Made by a program: the position numbers and the translations under genes
Notes under the pieces: model-generated
Databases searched by the model: none
Told to the model about the DNA's origin: nothing
What the model saw: only the letters and a program-made list of their open reading frames with translations
Origin: Acidimicrobiaceae bacterium
GTDB taxonomy: Bacteria; Actinomycetota; Acidimicrobiia; Acidimicrobiales; Aldehydirespiratoraceae
NCBI GenBank assembly: GCA_026708645.1
Contig: JAPOUM010000026.1
Coordinates: 66,997 to 130,996, forward strand
DNA: 64,000 nt
Reading direction: 5' to 3'
Shown: positions 19,113 to 28,153 of the stretch, piece after piece
Numbering within the stretch: position 1 is the stretch's first letter
Layout: each line of letters begins with the position of its first letter

Positions 19113-21131
19113 GTGGAGGCTGTGGACGGCAGCGTCTCAGCGGCCCTGAGGACCGACCATTACGAGATCACGATGGTGGCTTCGGCCCTGAAGTCCGGGA
19201 TCGCCGAGCGTCGGGCCGTGTTCGAGGCTTTCGCCCGCCGCCTGCCGCCGAGTCGTGCCTACGGGGTGGTGGCGGGCGCCGACCGGGTGATCGACGCCAT
19301 CGAGCATTTCCGGTTCGACGACGAGGCCGTCGATTATCTGGTCGGCGCGGGCGTCGTGTCCGACCCCGACGTGGTGGACTGGCTGCGCTGCTACCGCTTC
19401 GGCGGCAACGTCACCGGCTATCCCGACGGAGAGCTCTTCTTCCCGTATTCACCGATGCTCACCGTGGAGGGCGGCTTCGCTGAGTGCGTGGTGCTCGAGA
19501 CGGTCGTCCTGTCGATCCTCAACTACGACTGCGCGGTGGCTTCAGCCGCGGCTCGGGTGCGCGACGCGGCCGGCGTCCGCCTGCTGGTCGAAGGCGGCAG
19601 TCGCCGCGCCGACCCTGACGCTGCCGTGGCCGCTGCCCGCGCCGCACACATCGGCGGTTTCGACACCACTTCCAACCTCGAGGCAGGACGGCGTTACGGC
19701 ATCCCCACCGGCGGCACCACGGCTCACGCCTTCGTGCTGGCTCACGACGACGAGTCGGCGGCTTTCGCGGCCCAACGAGACGCTCTGGGCAGCGACTCGA
19801 CCTATCTGGTCGACACTTTCGACGTGCTCGAAGGCATCCGTCAGGCGGTGCGGGTGGTGGGGCCCGATCTCGGCGCGGTGCGGATCGACAGCGGAAACCT
19901 GCTGGCCTCCAGCATCCGCGCCAGAACTCTGCTCGACTCTCTGGGCGCCGCCGACTGCCGCATCGTGGCCTCCGGCGATCTCGACGAGTTCCGGGTGGCC
20001 GAACTGGAGGAAGCCGCAGCACCGATAGACGCCTACTTGGTGGGCACCAGCCTGGTGACCGGCTCGGGTCATCCCACCGCCTCGGTGGTCTACAAGCTGG
20101 TGGCCATCGCCGACGCCGCCGGTGCCGCGGCGCCGTTGAGGGCTGTCGGCAAGCTGTCGCCGGGCAAGATCACCGTGGGCGGGCGCAAGCAGGTGCATCG
20201 CAGCATCGACTCGGCCGGGTCATGGCAGGCCGAGGTGCTCTCGCCTGCGGGCGACGACGGCCCGCGCGGCGCTCACAAGCCGCAGGTGACGCTGATGACC
20301 GGCGGTTCTCGGGCCTGGCAGGATGATCCGCCGGCAGCGAGGCAGCGCTGCGCCGAGCGGCGCCGTCGGCTGCCCGACGAAGACCGCAGGCCGCATCCGC
20401 GGCGCTCGCCCGCCATACCCACCGAGTGGGTGGGCATGGAGTCGCCGGGCGCGACCGAGTCGTCCAACGGCGTCGAAGGCCGCGTGACCGCTGAGAGCGG
20501 TTCGCTCGGCACGACCCGCGTGACCGCTGAGAGCGGTGGAGGAGAGACGATGCGCAAGGCCTTGATAATCGTGGACGTGCAGAACGACTTCTGCGAGGGC
20601 GGATCCTTGGCGGTGGCGGGAGGCCATGGCGTGGCCGAGTCGATCTCTGATCTGGTGGGTCTCGACAGAGCCGGCGGCCGCTACGACTACGTGGTCGCGT
20701 CCAAGGACTGGCACATCGACCCCGGCGACCACTTCGCCGCGGCTGGCGCCGGCCCCGACTTCGAGAATTCGTGGCCGGTCCACTGCGCCGCCGGAACGCC
20801 GGGCGCGGCCTTCTCTCCGGCGCTGAAGGTGGCTGTCGACGAGGTGTTCCTCAAAGGGCAGTACAGCGGCGGCTACAGCAGCTTCGAGGGTGTCGCCGCC
20901 TCAAGCGGCGAGGATGCGGAGTTGCGCGACTGGCTCGAGGAGCGCGGCGTAACTGCTGTGGATGTGGCGGGCATCGCCACGGACCACTGCGTGCGAGCCA
21001 CTGCGCTGGACGCAGTCCAAGCGGGTTTCTCGACGGCCGTGCTGATCTCGCACTGCGTCGGCGTCGCCGAGGAATCCAGCGCAGCGGCTCTCGAGGAGAT
21101 GGCGGCGGCGGGCGTCGCCGTCGTCGGTTGA
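19113..21131 (+). CDS. pncB/pncA: Nicotinate phosphoribosyltransferase fused in frame to nicotinamidase (PncB-PncA)
   Basis: GTG at 19113 is the first start clear of the divergent ABC gene. N-terminal ~440 aa: ALRTDHYEITM..GVVAGADR..TTAHAFVLAH..LVDTFD..VRIDSG..VGTSLVTG (NAPRTase). After a ~40-aa linker, MRKALIIVDVQNDFCEGGSLAV..KDWHIDP..HCAAGTPGAAF..TDHCVRATALDA (isochorismatase-fold nicotinamidase). There is no stop codon between the two modules. ATG 20550 is preceded by GGAGGAG. Confidence 0.8.
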   Translation: MEAVDGSVSAALRTDHYEITMVASALKSGIAERRAVFEAFARRLPPSRAYGVVAGADRVIDAIEHFRFDDEAVDYLVGAGVVSDPDVVDWLRCYRFGGNVTGYPDGELFFPYSPMLTVEGGFAECVVLETVVLSILNYDCAVASAAARVRDAAGVRLLVEGGSRRADPDAAVAAARAAHIGGFDTTSNLEAGRRYGIPTGGTTAHAFVLAHDDESAAFAAQRDALGSDSTYLVDTFDVLEGIRQAVRVVGPDLGAVRIDSGNLLASSIRARTLLDSLGAADCRIVASGDLDEFRVAELEEAAAPIDAYLVGTSLVTGSGHPTASVVYKLVAIADAAGAAAPLRAVGKLSPGKITVGGRKQVHRSIDSAGSWQAEVLSPAGDDGPRGAHKPQVTLMTGGSRAWQDDPPAARQRCAERRRRLPDEDRRPHPRRSPAIPTEWVGMESPGATESSNGVEGRVTAESGSLGTTRVTAESGGGETMRKALIIVDVQNDFCEGGSLAVAGGHGVAESISDLVGLDRAGGRYDYVVASKDWHIDPGDHFAAAGAGPDFENSWPVHCAAGTPGAAFSPALKVAVDEVFLKGQYSGGYSSFEGVAASSGEDAELRDWLEERGVTAVDVAGIATDHCVRATALDAVQAGFSTAVLISHCVGVAEESSAAALEEMAAAGVAVVG

Positions 21132-21154
21132 CAGGCGCAGCCTCCCAGCCGCCC

Positions 21155-21817
21155 TCAGGCGCCGGGCTGCGGAACCACCCTCAGATAGGGCAACGGCGAC
21201 TTCCAGCCTTCGGGGTACTTCTCGGCGGCCGCCTCATTGGAGACCGCCGGCACGATGATCACGTCCTCGCCCTGCTTCCAGTCGGCCGGCGTCGCCACCT
21301 GCTCTTTGGCGGTGAGCTGGATCGAGTCGAGCATCCGCAGGATCTCGGCGAAGTTGCGTCCGGTGGTCATCGGGTATGTGAGCGTGGCCTTGATCTTCTT
21401 GTCGGGGCCGATGATGAACACCGACCGCGCCGTGGCGTTGTCGGCGGCGGTGCGTCCCTCGGAGGTGTCGCCGGCGTCGCCGGGGAGCATGTCGTAGAGC
21501 TTCACGACGTTGAGGCCGGGGTCGCCGATCAGCGGGTAGTTGACGGTGTTGCCGGTGGCCGTCTTGATGTCTGCCGCCCAACCGGCGTGATCGCTGACTC
21601 CGTCGACGCTGATGCCGATGATCTTGCAGTTGCGGTCGGCGAACTCCGACTTCAGGCCGGCGACGGCGCCCAGTTCGGTGGTGCAGACCGGGGTGAAATC
21701 CTTGGGATGCGAGAACAGCAGCGCCCATCCGTCGCCGATCCACTCGTGGAAGCTGATCGTCCCCTCGGTGGTTTCGGCGGTGAAATCCGGGGCTGTGTCG
21801 TTGATGCGAAGTGTCAT
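21155..21817 (-). CDS. Peroxiredoxin, 1-Cys Prx6-type
   Basis: 220 aa. INDTAPDFTAETTEGTISFHEWIGDGWALLFSHPKDFTPVCTTELG carries the PVCTTE peroxidatic-Cys motif. No resolving-Cys motif is obvious. Confidence 0.9.
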   Translation of the reverse strand: MTLRINDTAPDFTAETTEGTISFHEWIGDGWALLFSHPKDFTPVCTTELGAVAGLKSEFADRNCKIIGISVDGVSDHAGWAADIKTATGNTVNYPLIGDPGLNVVKLYDMLPGDAGDTSEGRTAADNATARSVFIIGPDKKIKATLTYPMTTGRNFAEILRMLDSIQLTAKEQVATPADWKQGEDVIIVPAVSNEAAAEKYPEGWKSPLPYLRVVPQPGA

Positions 21818-21954
21818 GCCTTCTTCTTCTCCAGTGGCTGGTTGGGGGTGTGTCCCAGCAGGCTAACGGCCCATGCTGACTATTCCGACCGGATTAGTCA
21901 GGAATTCCGCCTCGCGACCCGCAGCCGGCCGGCCCGCTCGGGGGCGGCGGTGCG

Positions 21955-22039
21955 CGGAGGGTGTGGGATTTGAACCCACGGAGGCTCTCGCCTCACACGC
22001 TTTCCAAGCGTGCCCATTCGGCCGCTCTGGCAACCCTCC
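21955..22039 (-). tRNA. tRNA-Ser (anticodon GGA)
   Basis: Reverse complement reads GGAGGGTTGCCAGAGCGGCCGAATGGGCACGCTTGGAAAGCGTGTGAGGCGAGAGCCTCCGTGGGTTCAAATCCCACACCCTCCG. Anticodon loop TTGGAAA, long variable arm, T-loop GGTTCAAATCC. Confidence 0.9.
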
Positions 22040-22141
22040 CGGGTCTGTGCGACCGGACCGGAGCAACCAGCCCCGGTACTGCGCAGTAGACGCCGATGCT
22101 TCAGGCTAACGTGGTGACAGTCAGCACCCGCTTCGGGGTGT

Positions 22142-22243
22142 GACGGTCGGGTCCTGTGCGACGGGTGCCTGTGAACCGGGTCAGGGCCGGAAGGCAGCAG
22201 CTCTCAGCAGATCCTCCCGGGTGCCGCAGACAGCCTGGCCGTC
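22142..22243 (+). ncRNA. ffs: Signal recognition particle RNA (small/4.5S type)
   Basis: CCTGTGAACCGGGTCAGGGCCGGAAGGCAGCAGC closely matches the universally conserved domain IV of 4.5S RNA (E. coli ..CUGUUUACCAGGUCAGGUCCGGAAGGAAGCAGCC). The ends GACGGTC/GGCCGTC can close the long hairpin. The position just upstream of dnaX is the classical one. End coordinates are approximate. Confidence 0.85.
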
Positions 22244-22334
22244 ACTCCCGGAAGCGGGCGCGGCATTCCGGTGAAGCTTCCACGGTGAAGCTTCACGGTG
22301 AAGCTGTCACAGTCCACGTCTAGAGTCCCTGTCG

Positions 22335-24332
22335 GTGGCTTACCAGTCCCTCTACCGTCGTTACCGCCCGCAGAAGTTCTCGCAGATCAAGGGCCAGGAC
22401 CATGTCGTGCGCGCCCTTCAAGGAGCGGTTCGCAACAATCAGGTCGGCCACGCCTATCTCTTGCACGGCCCCAGAGGCAGCGGCAAGACATCCACTGCGC
22501 GGGTGCTGGCCAAGGCTCTGAACTGCACGAACCTCGGCGACGACGGCGAGCCCTGCGGCGTTTGTGAGTCGTGCGTGTCGATCGAGGAGAACCGTTCGTT
22601 TGACCTGCAAGAGCTCGACGCCGCCTCCAACAACAGGGTCGACGACATGCGCGCCCTGCTGGAGCGAGTCAATCTGACCACTCCGGGCAGGGCCAAGGTC
22701 TACCTGCTCGACGAAGTCCACATGCTCACCTCGGGCGCCGAGAACGCATTGCTCAAGACTCTGGAAGAGCCGCCCGAGCATGTGACCTGGGTGCTGGCCA
22801 CCACCGAGCCCCACAAGGTGGTGCAGACCATCCGCAGCCGCTGTCAGGTGTTCGAACTCGGCCTGATCGACGCTGACGTAATGTCCGAGCATCTGCGCGG
22901 GATCGTGCTCGACGCCGGTTTGGACGTCGCCGACGAGTCCGTGGATCAGGCCGTGTCCGCGGGCGGCGGATCGGTGCGCGACACCTTGACCGCCTTGGAG
23001 CGCATCATCGCCGGCGGCGGTGATTCCGAGCTGGAATCCTCGACTGACGCCATCGTCGACGCCTTGGCTGAAGGAGACCGGGCGGCCGCGCTGGCGGCGC
23101 TGGAGGAGGTCGTGGGCCGGGGACGGGACCCGCGCACGATCGGCGAGCTGGCTCTGGCCGCGCTGCGTCACGCTTTTCTCACCGCGATGGGCAGGCCTCC
23201 GTCGCGGCTGTCGGAGCATGAACGCCTCCGGGCGGGGCAGTTGGCTGAGCGCATGACGGCCGGCGCCATCACCCGGTCGCTGGAAGTGCTGGGCCGGGCT
23301 CTGATCGAGATGCGCCAAGCCCCCGACCCCAGAATCGACATCGAGGTGGCCCTGATCCGGCTTTGCGACCACGAGGCCGACCCGGCTGAGACCGCTGCTG
23401 TGGAGGCTCTGGCCCGGAGGGTCCGAACTCTGGAGGACCGCTTGGGCGACTCGAACGGCGCCAGCTCGCCGCCGGCGTCTTCGTCACCAGCACCGAAGCC
23501 GCGTTCGGCGCCGCCGCCCGCAGCAGCGTCTGCGCCTGCGCCGCCGCCGCCGAACGCGCCGGCGAGTCGGACGGGTTCGTCGAAGAGCCCCGCAGCGGAG
23601 GCTCGCCAGACCCTCTACCAGCGTCGCGCGGGGGCCGCAGCGACCGCTGCCGCGCCGTCCCGGCCAGGCCCCGCCCCAGCCGTCGCCCCAGAGCCGCCGC
23701 CGCCGCTGCCGCCGGTTCCGCCGCCCGACCTGCGGCTGCTGCAGCCTGGCTCGCCCAGTGAAGTGGTGCAGCTCGCCGAGCGGCACTTGGGCCTCGACCG
23801 GGAGGTCGTGATAGCCAGGGCGACGGCACTGGAACCCGACCGGCAGCGTCGTCGCGAGCCCGGTCAGCTGCGCGCCCTGTGGCTGGACCTCGTGGATAGT
23901 GCCACTGAGGCGGACGATCAGTCTCCGGCTGACGAGCGGACCGCTCAAGATCCGCCGTCGGGTGTCGAGTCAGCGCCATCCCCCGCCGCCGACGAGCCAT
24001 CTCTCACAGAGGACGCCCAGTCCGCCGCCGCTGAGTCCGCCGTCGAGCCTGCCGAGTCCGCTGAGCCCGAGCCCGCTGAGCCCGAGCCCGCTGAGCTTGC
24101 CGCGACCACGCACGAGCAGGAGTCAGGCCGGACAGAAGAGTCAGAAGAGTCAGACGGGGCCCTGAGGGAGACGGAAGAGCCGGAGGAAACCGACTTCGCC
24201 TCTGCTAGCGAGTTCGACGAGTTGGCTGAAGCGCCGAGCCATGCTCAAGACATCGCCGACAAGATCGAAGCCGCGTTCCCGGGCGTCGAGTTCGTGATGC
24301 TGCCGGACCCTGATCCCGCAGCAGCGTCTTAG
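22335..24332 (+). CDS. dnaX: DNA polymerase III subunit gamma/tau
   Basis: 665 aa, GTG start. YRRYRPQKFSQIKGQDHVV, Walker A GPRGSGKTSTARVLAKALNC, zinc module CGVCESC, Walker B/DEAD-like YLLDEVHMLT, sensor TTEPHKV..TIRSRC. The C-terminus is Pro/Ala-rich and acidic. Confidence 0.93.
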   Translation: MAYQSLYRRYRPQKFSQIKGQDHVVRALQGAVRNNQVGHAYLLHGPRGSGKTSTARVLAKALNCTNLGDDGEPCGVCESCVSIEENRSFDLQELDAASNNRVDDMRALLERVNLTTPGRAKVYLLDEVHMLTSGAENALLKTLEEPPEHVTWVLATTEPHKVVQTIRSRCQVFELGLIDADVMSEHLRGIVLDAGLDVADESVDQAVSAGGGSVRDTLTALERIIAGGGDSELESSTDAIVDALAEGDRAAALAALEEVVGRGRDPRTIGELALAALRHAFLTAMGRPPSRLSEHERLRAGQLAERMTAGAITRSLEVLGRALIEMRQAPDPRIDIEVALIRLCDHEADPAETAAVEALARRVRTLEDRLGDSNGASSPPASSSPAPKPRSAPPPAAASAPAPPPPNAPASRTGSSKSPAAEARQTLYQRRAGAAATAAAPSRPGPAPAVAPEPPPPLPPVPPPDLRLLQPGSPSEVVQLAERHLGLDREVVIARATALEPDRQRRREPGQLRALWLDLVDSATEADDQSPADERTAQDPPSGVESAPSPAADEPSLTEDAQSAAAESAVEPAESAEPEPAEPEPAELAATTHEQESGRTEESEESDGALRETEEPEETDFASASEFDELAEAPSHAQDIADKIEAAFPGVEFVMLPDPDPAAAS

Positions 24333-24467
24333 CGACGCGTTGCCGGTGCGACAGCGACATCAGAGCCGAACTAGCAGCCCGGCATGGACGGCCGGGCCGC
24401 TCGCGTCCGGCGGAGACTGCGCCGGAACACTCACGGCTCGCGGAACGGTGCCTAAGGCAGAGCCGAG

Positions 24468-25088
24468 ATGAGTTACTCCGGCGCGGTGCAGGAATTGATC
24501 GACCAACTCGGCCGTTTGCCCGGCATAGGGCCGAAGTCGGCCCAGCGAGTGGCTTTTTATTTGTTGCGCTGCCCGCCCGAGGACGCCAACCGTCTCGCTG
24601 GCGCCATCGCCGAAGCCAAAGCGAGGGTGTCGTACTGCCCCAAGTGCTTCAACCTCGCCGAGCAAGGCGGCCTCTGCGCAGTGTGTCGCGACCCGGCGCG
24701 CAACCCGCGTCTGGTCTGCGTCGTGGAGGACGCCCAAGACGTGGTGGCGGTTGAACGCACCGGCGAATTCGCGGGCCGTTACCACGTGCTTCAGGGAGCG
24801 TTCAGCCCCATCGACGGTGTGGGTGTGGACCAGCTGCGCCTCAAGGAGCTGCTGGAGCGGGTCACCGACGAGGACATCACCGAAGTGATAGTGGCCACCA
24901 ACCCCAACCTGGAGGGCGAAGCGACCGCGATGCTCGTACACAAATATCTGAAGCCCGCCGGCGTGAAGGTGACGCGCATAGCCAGCGGCCTGCCAGTGGG
25001 CGGAGACCTCGAATACGCCGACGAGCTCACCCTGGGGCGCGCATTGGAAGGACGCCGCTCGATCGAAGAACCCCAGAATGCCCGATAG
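24468..25088 (+). CDS. recR: Recombination protein RecR
   Basis: 206 aa. [24 protein letters not shown] (HhH), zinc finger [17 protein letters not shown], Toprim [26 protein letters not shown]. Confidence 0.93.
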   Translation: MSYSGAVQELIDQLGRLPGIGPKSAQRVAFYLLRCPPEDANRLAGAIAEAKARVSYCPKCFNLAEQGGLCAVCRDPARNPRLVCVVEDAQDVVAVERTGEFAGRYHVLQGAFSPIDGVGVDQLRLKELLERVTDEDITEVIVATNPNLEGEATAMLVHKYLKPAGVKVTRIASGLPVGGDLEYADELTLGRALEGRRSIEEPQNAR

Positions 25089-25149
25089 CGCATCGGACCG
25101 CCTTCGGAGTTCGCTCGGCCTTGCGGGGACCGGCCTCTAGGCTGCCGCA

Positions 25150-25572
25150 ATGCTCACTGAGATCGATCATGTGGCCATAGCCGTCCATGACCTCGATGCC
25201 GCCATCGACTGGTACCGGACGACTCTTGGTGCAGAGGTCGCCCACCGTGAAGTGATCGGCAGCGACGGCGTGGAGGAGGCCATGCTCTCGGTCGCTGAGA
25301 GCTACGTGCAGTTGATCGCCGCCACACGCGATGATTCGCCGGTGGCCAAGTTCCTCGAAAAACGCGGCGAGGGGCTGCACCATGTGGGCTACCGGGTGCC
25401 GGACTGTGCGGCGGCCCTCGAGTCGATGGTGCAAGCCGGCGCCACTCCAATCGACACGGCCCCGAGGACCGGCAGCCGCAACACCACCATCGCTTTCATT
25501 CACCCCAAAGGGTCATTCGGCACCCTGATCGAACTGGTCGAAGAGCCCTCCGCGCCGTCAGCCGCCCACTGA
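25150..25572 (+). CDS. mce: Methylmalonyl-CoA epimerase (VOC/glyoxalase fold)
   Basis: 140 aa. IDHVAIAVHDLDAAIDWY..VEEAML..PVAKFLEKRGEGLHHVGYRV..IAFIHPKGSFGTLIELVE is the characteristic epimerase pattern. Confidence 0.8.
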   Translation: MLTEIDHVAIAVHDLDAAIDWYRTTLGAEVAHREVIGSDGVEEAMLSVAESYVQLIAATRDDSPVAKFLEKRGEGLHHVGYRVPDCAAALESMVQAGATPIDTAPRTGSRNTTIAFIHPKGSFGTLIELVEEPSAPSAAH

Positions 25573-25680
25573 AACCCGGGCCGAGAACACCAAGCTGCCA
25601 GAACATCGATAACGGCAAGCGGCAAGACTGCAAGGACGCCGAAGAGCGCCTTCGGTCGGGCAAGTGAGAGGATTACGGCG

Positions 25681-26544
25681 ATGCTGGTACACCTGATCGA
25701 CGGAACCTACGAGTTGTTCCGGTTCCACTACGCCAAGTCCAACCGCGATCCTCGCCACGGCGCGCAGGCAGGCGTGGCCAACTCGATGCTCGGCCTGCTG
25801 GCCGACGGGGCCACCCATGTGGGTGTGGCCACCGACCATGTGATCGAGTCGTTCCGCAACGACATGCTCGACAGCTACAAGGACGGCAGCGGCACAGACC
25901 CCGACCTTGCGGCGCAGTTCCCCGAACTGGAAGAACTCCTGGAACTCGCCGGTTTGGCGGTGTGGCCTCAGATCACGCACGAAGCCGACGACGGGCTCGC
26001 CTCGGCGGCTGTCGTCGCGGCGGCGGATCCGAGAGTGCGGCAGGTGCTGATCTGCACCCCCGACAAGGATCTCTCCCAGTGCGTCACAGCCGACGGGCGC
26101 ATAGTGCAATACGACAGGCGCCGGCAGGCGCTCTACGACTACGACGGCGTGATCGAGAAATTCGGGGTGCCGCCAGAATCGATCCCCGATTATCTGGGAC
26201 TGGTCGGCGACTCCGCCGACGGGTTCGCGGGGCTGCCCGGATGGGGCGCCAAATCCGCGGCGACGCTGTTGGCCCGCTACAACAAGATCGAGGCCATCCC
26301 CTTCGAACCCGAGCAGTGGGACGTGCCGGTCAGGAGTGCCGCCAAGCTCGCCGCTGCGCTGCGCGACGGGATGCAAGACGCCCTGTTGTTCCGCCGGATC
26401 GCCACCGTGGCGCGGGACGCTCCAGTGGCCCGCAGCGTCGACGAACTGGAATGGAAAGGCCCTCGGCCCGGCTTCGACGAGCGTTGCGCCGAGCTGGGCG
26501 CCCCGCATCTCGCCGAACGGGCCCACGAGCTAGCCGCAGGCTGA
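25681..26544 (+). CDS. 5'-3' exonuclease / flap endonuclease (Pol I N-terminal domain family)
   Basis: 287 aa. LIDGTYELFR..ATDHVIESFRN..EADDGLASAA..CTPDKDLSQCV..PDYLGLVGDSADGFAGLPGWGAKSAATLL (H3TH). Confidence 0.8.
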   Translation: MLVHLIDGTYELFRFHYAKSNRDPRHGAQAGVANSMLGLLADGATHVGVATDHVIESFRNDMLDSYKDGSGTDPDLAAQFPELEELLELAGLAVWPQITHEADDGLASAAVVAAADPRVRQVLICTPDKDLSQCVTADGRIVQYDRRRQALYDYDGVIEKFGVPPESIPDYLGLVGDSADGFAGLPGWGAKSAATLLARYNKIEAIPFEPEQWDVPVRSAAKLAAALRDGMQDALLFRRIATVARDAPVARSVDELEWKGPRPGFDERCAELGAPHLAERAHELAAG

Positions 26545-26616
26545 AGCTGAGAGCACAAGCGGCAACGACGCAGCAGCGACGCTGCGGGCGGGCTCTCGCC
26601 TGCCGGCGCGCGGGCT

Positions 26617-27672
26617 CTATGAGGACAGGACTTCGCTCAGGCTGCAGTCCGCGGGCGCCTCGATCTGATCGAAGAGGCACGACTCGACGCTGCGATCCGG
26701 CCGCCAGCGCACCAGGCGCGTGGTGCCGCGGAAACGCCCGTTGAGCATGGCCTCGTACTTCACTTCGGCCACCAGACCGAGGCGCAACGGCGCCCAGGGC
26801 TGCTGACGGCGTTTGCCGGACCAGCGATTGGGGGTGCCAGGCATCACGGCCCCCTCGCCGTGAGCTTCAGCGTCCATCCACTGCGCCCACGGATGCTCGC
26901 CGGGGTCCGCCAGCACATGGGGACGCAGAAACTCGAGCAGTTCCTTGCGGCGTCGCGCGCTGAAGCTCGCGGCCACGCCGCAGTGCTGCAGATTCCCGGA
27001 GTCGTCATACAGTCCCAACACCAGCGAGCCGACGCCTTCGCCGTCGGCGTGCATCCGATACCCCGCCACCACCACGTCCACAGTGCGGGTGTGCTTGATC
27101 TTCAGCTGCGTCCGCTTGTTGGGCTCATAGGCGCCGTCGAGCGGTTTGGCGATGAGGCCGTCGAGGCCGGCGCCCTCGAAGCGCTCGTGCCAGTCCCTGG
27201 CGATGTCGCAGTCGCGCGTGGACGGCGCCAGACGAACCGGGACCTCGAACCCGGACGCAATCGCCTCCAGCCGCGCCCGGCGGTCGCGGAACGGCTCGCC
27301 CGTCAGGTCGGTCTCGCCCGCAGCGAGCACGTCAAAGGCCACGAACTCTGCGGGAGTCTCCGCCGCCAGACGGGCGACACGGCTGTCGGCAGGATGGATC
27401 CTCTGCTGCAGAGCATCGAAACCGAGTCGGTCGTTCACCGGCACGATGATCTCGCCGTCGACCACTGCCTGAAGCGGAAGAGAAGACTTGAGCGGTTCGA
27501 TCAGTTCGGGGAAATAGCGGGTCAGGAACAGTTCGTTGCGGCTGCCCAGCTCCACCTCGTCGCCGTCGCGGAACACGATGCAGCGAAAGCCGTCCCATTT
27601 CGGCTCGTAAGCGAAGTCTCCGACGGGCACCTCGTCCGTGGCTTTCGCCAGCATCGGCTTGAGCGGAGGCAT
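26617..27672 (-). CDS. ATP-dependent DNA ligase (LigC-like, ~350 aa core)
   Basis: Start taken at ATG 27672 (MPPLKPMLA..). Adenylation motif I YEPKWDGFR, then FDVL, LDGLIAKP, IKHTRTVDVVVAGY and an OB domain. The ORF track extends 71 codons further upstream (see findings). Confidence 0.85.
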   Translation of the reverse strand: MPPLKPMLAKATDEVPVGDFAYEPKWDGFRCIVFRDGDEVELGSRNELFLTRYFPELIEPLKSSLPLQAVVDGEIIVPVNDRLGFDALQQRIHPADSRVARLAAETPAEFVAFDVLAAGETDLTGEPFRDRRARLEAIASGFEVPVRLAPSTRDCDIARDWHERFEGAGLDGLIAKPLDGAYEPNKRTQLKIKHTRTVDVVVAGYRMHADGEGVGSLVLGLYDDSGNLQHCGVAASFSARRRKELLEFLRPHVLADPGEHPWAQWMDAEAHGEGAVMPGTPNRWSGKRRQQPWAPLRLGLVAEVKYEAMLNGRFRGTTRLVRWRPDRSVESCLFDQIEAPADCSLSEVLSS

Positions 27673-28153
27673 CACCGGCAAGTCCACGCCCTCGATGCTA
27701 AGGCCTCCAGGAGTCGCAGGCTTTCGAGTTCTGCTGTCCGGCACGGTCCACGGCTTGAGGTGCTGAGCAGAGATGTCGATGCCCTCTTCGGCCATGGCCT
27801 CGACGACGGTCGTCTCTGCGGACAAGGTCCCTCGATCAGTCGCCTGCTGCCTGTAGTTTGGGGCCTCAGTTGCAGTGAAGGCCACTGCAGCAGGCGAACA
27901 TCTGGTTGACGCTCGGAGAAATTCGGGAACCTTCGGCAGAAGTTGTGCGTCGCGGGTCGTGCGTCTCTAGTCAAGAAGACGGCAAGCGAGCGCCTGTCAA
28001 CACGAGCAGCACAACCAGCACTACCCCAATAGCGCATACGAGTCCCAGACCCGCATCCGCAAGATTCGGCACACCAACTCGGCACACCAACTCGGCACAG
28101 CAATACGCAACACATGCGCCGACAGGCCGCGCATTCTCTCCAAGGAGGCTCAG

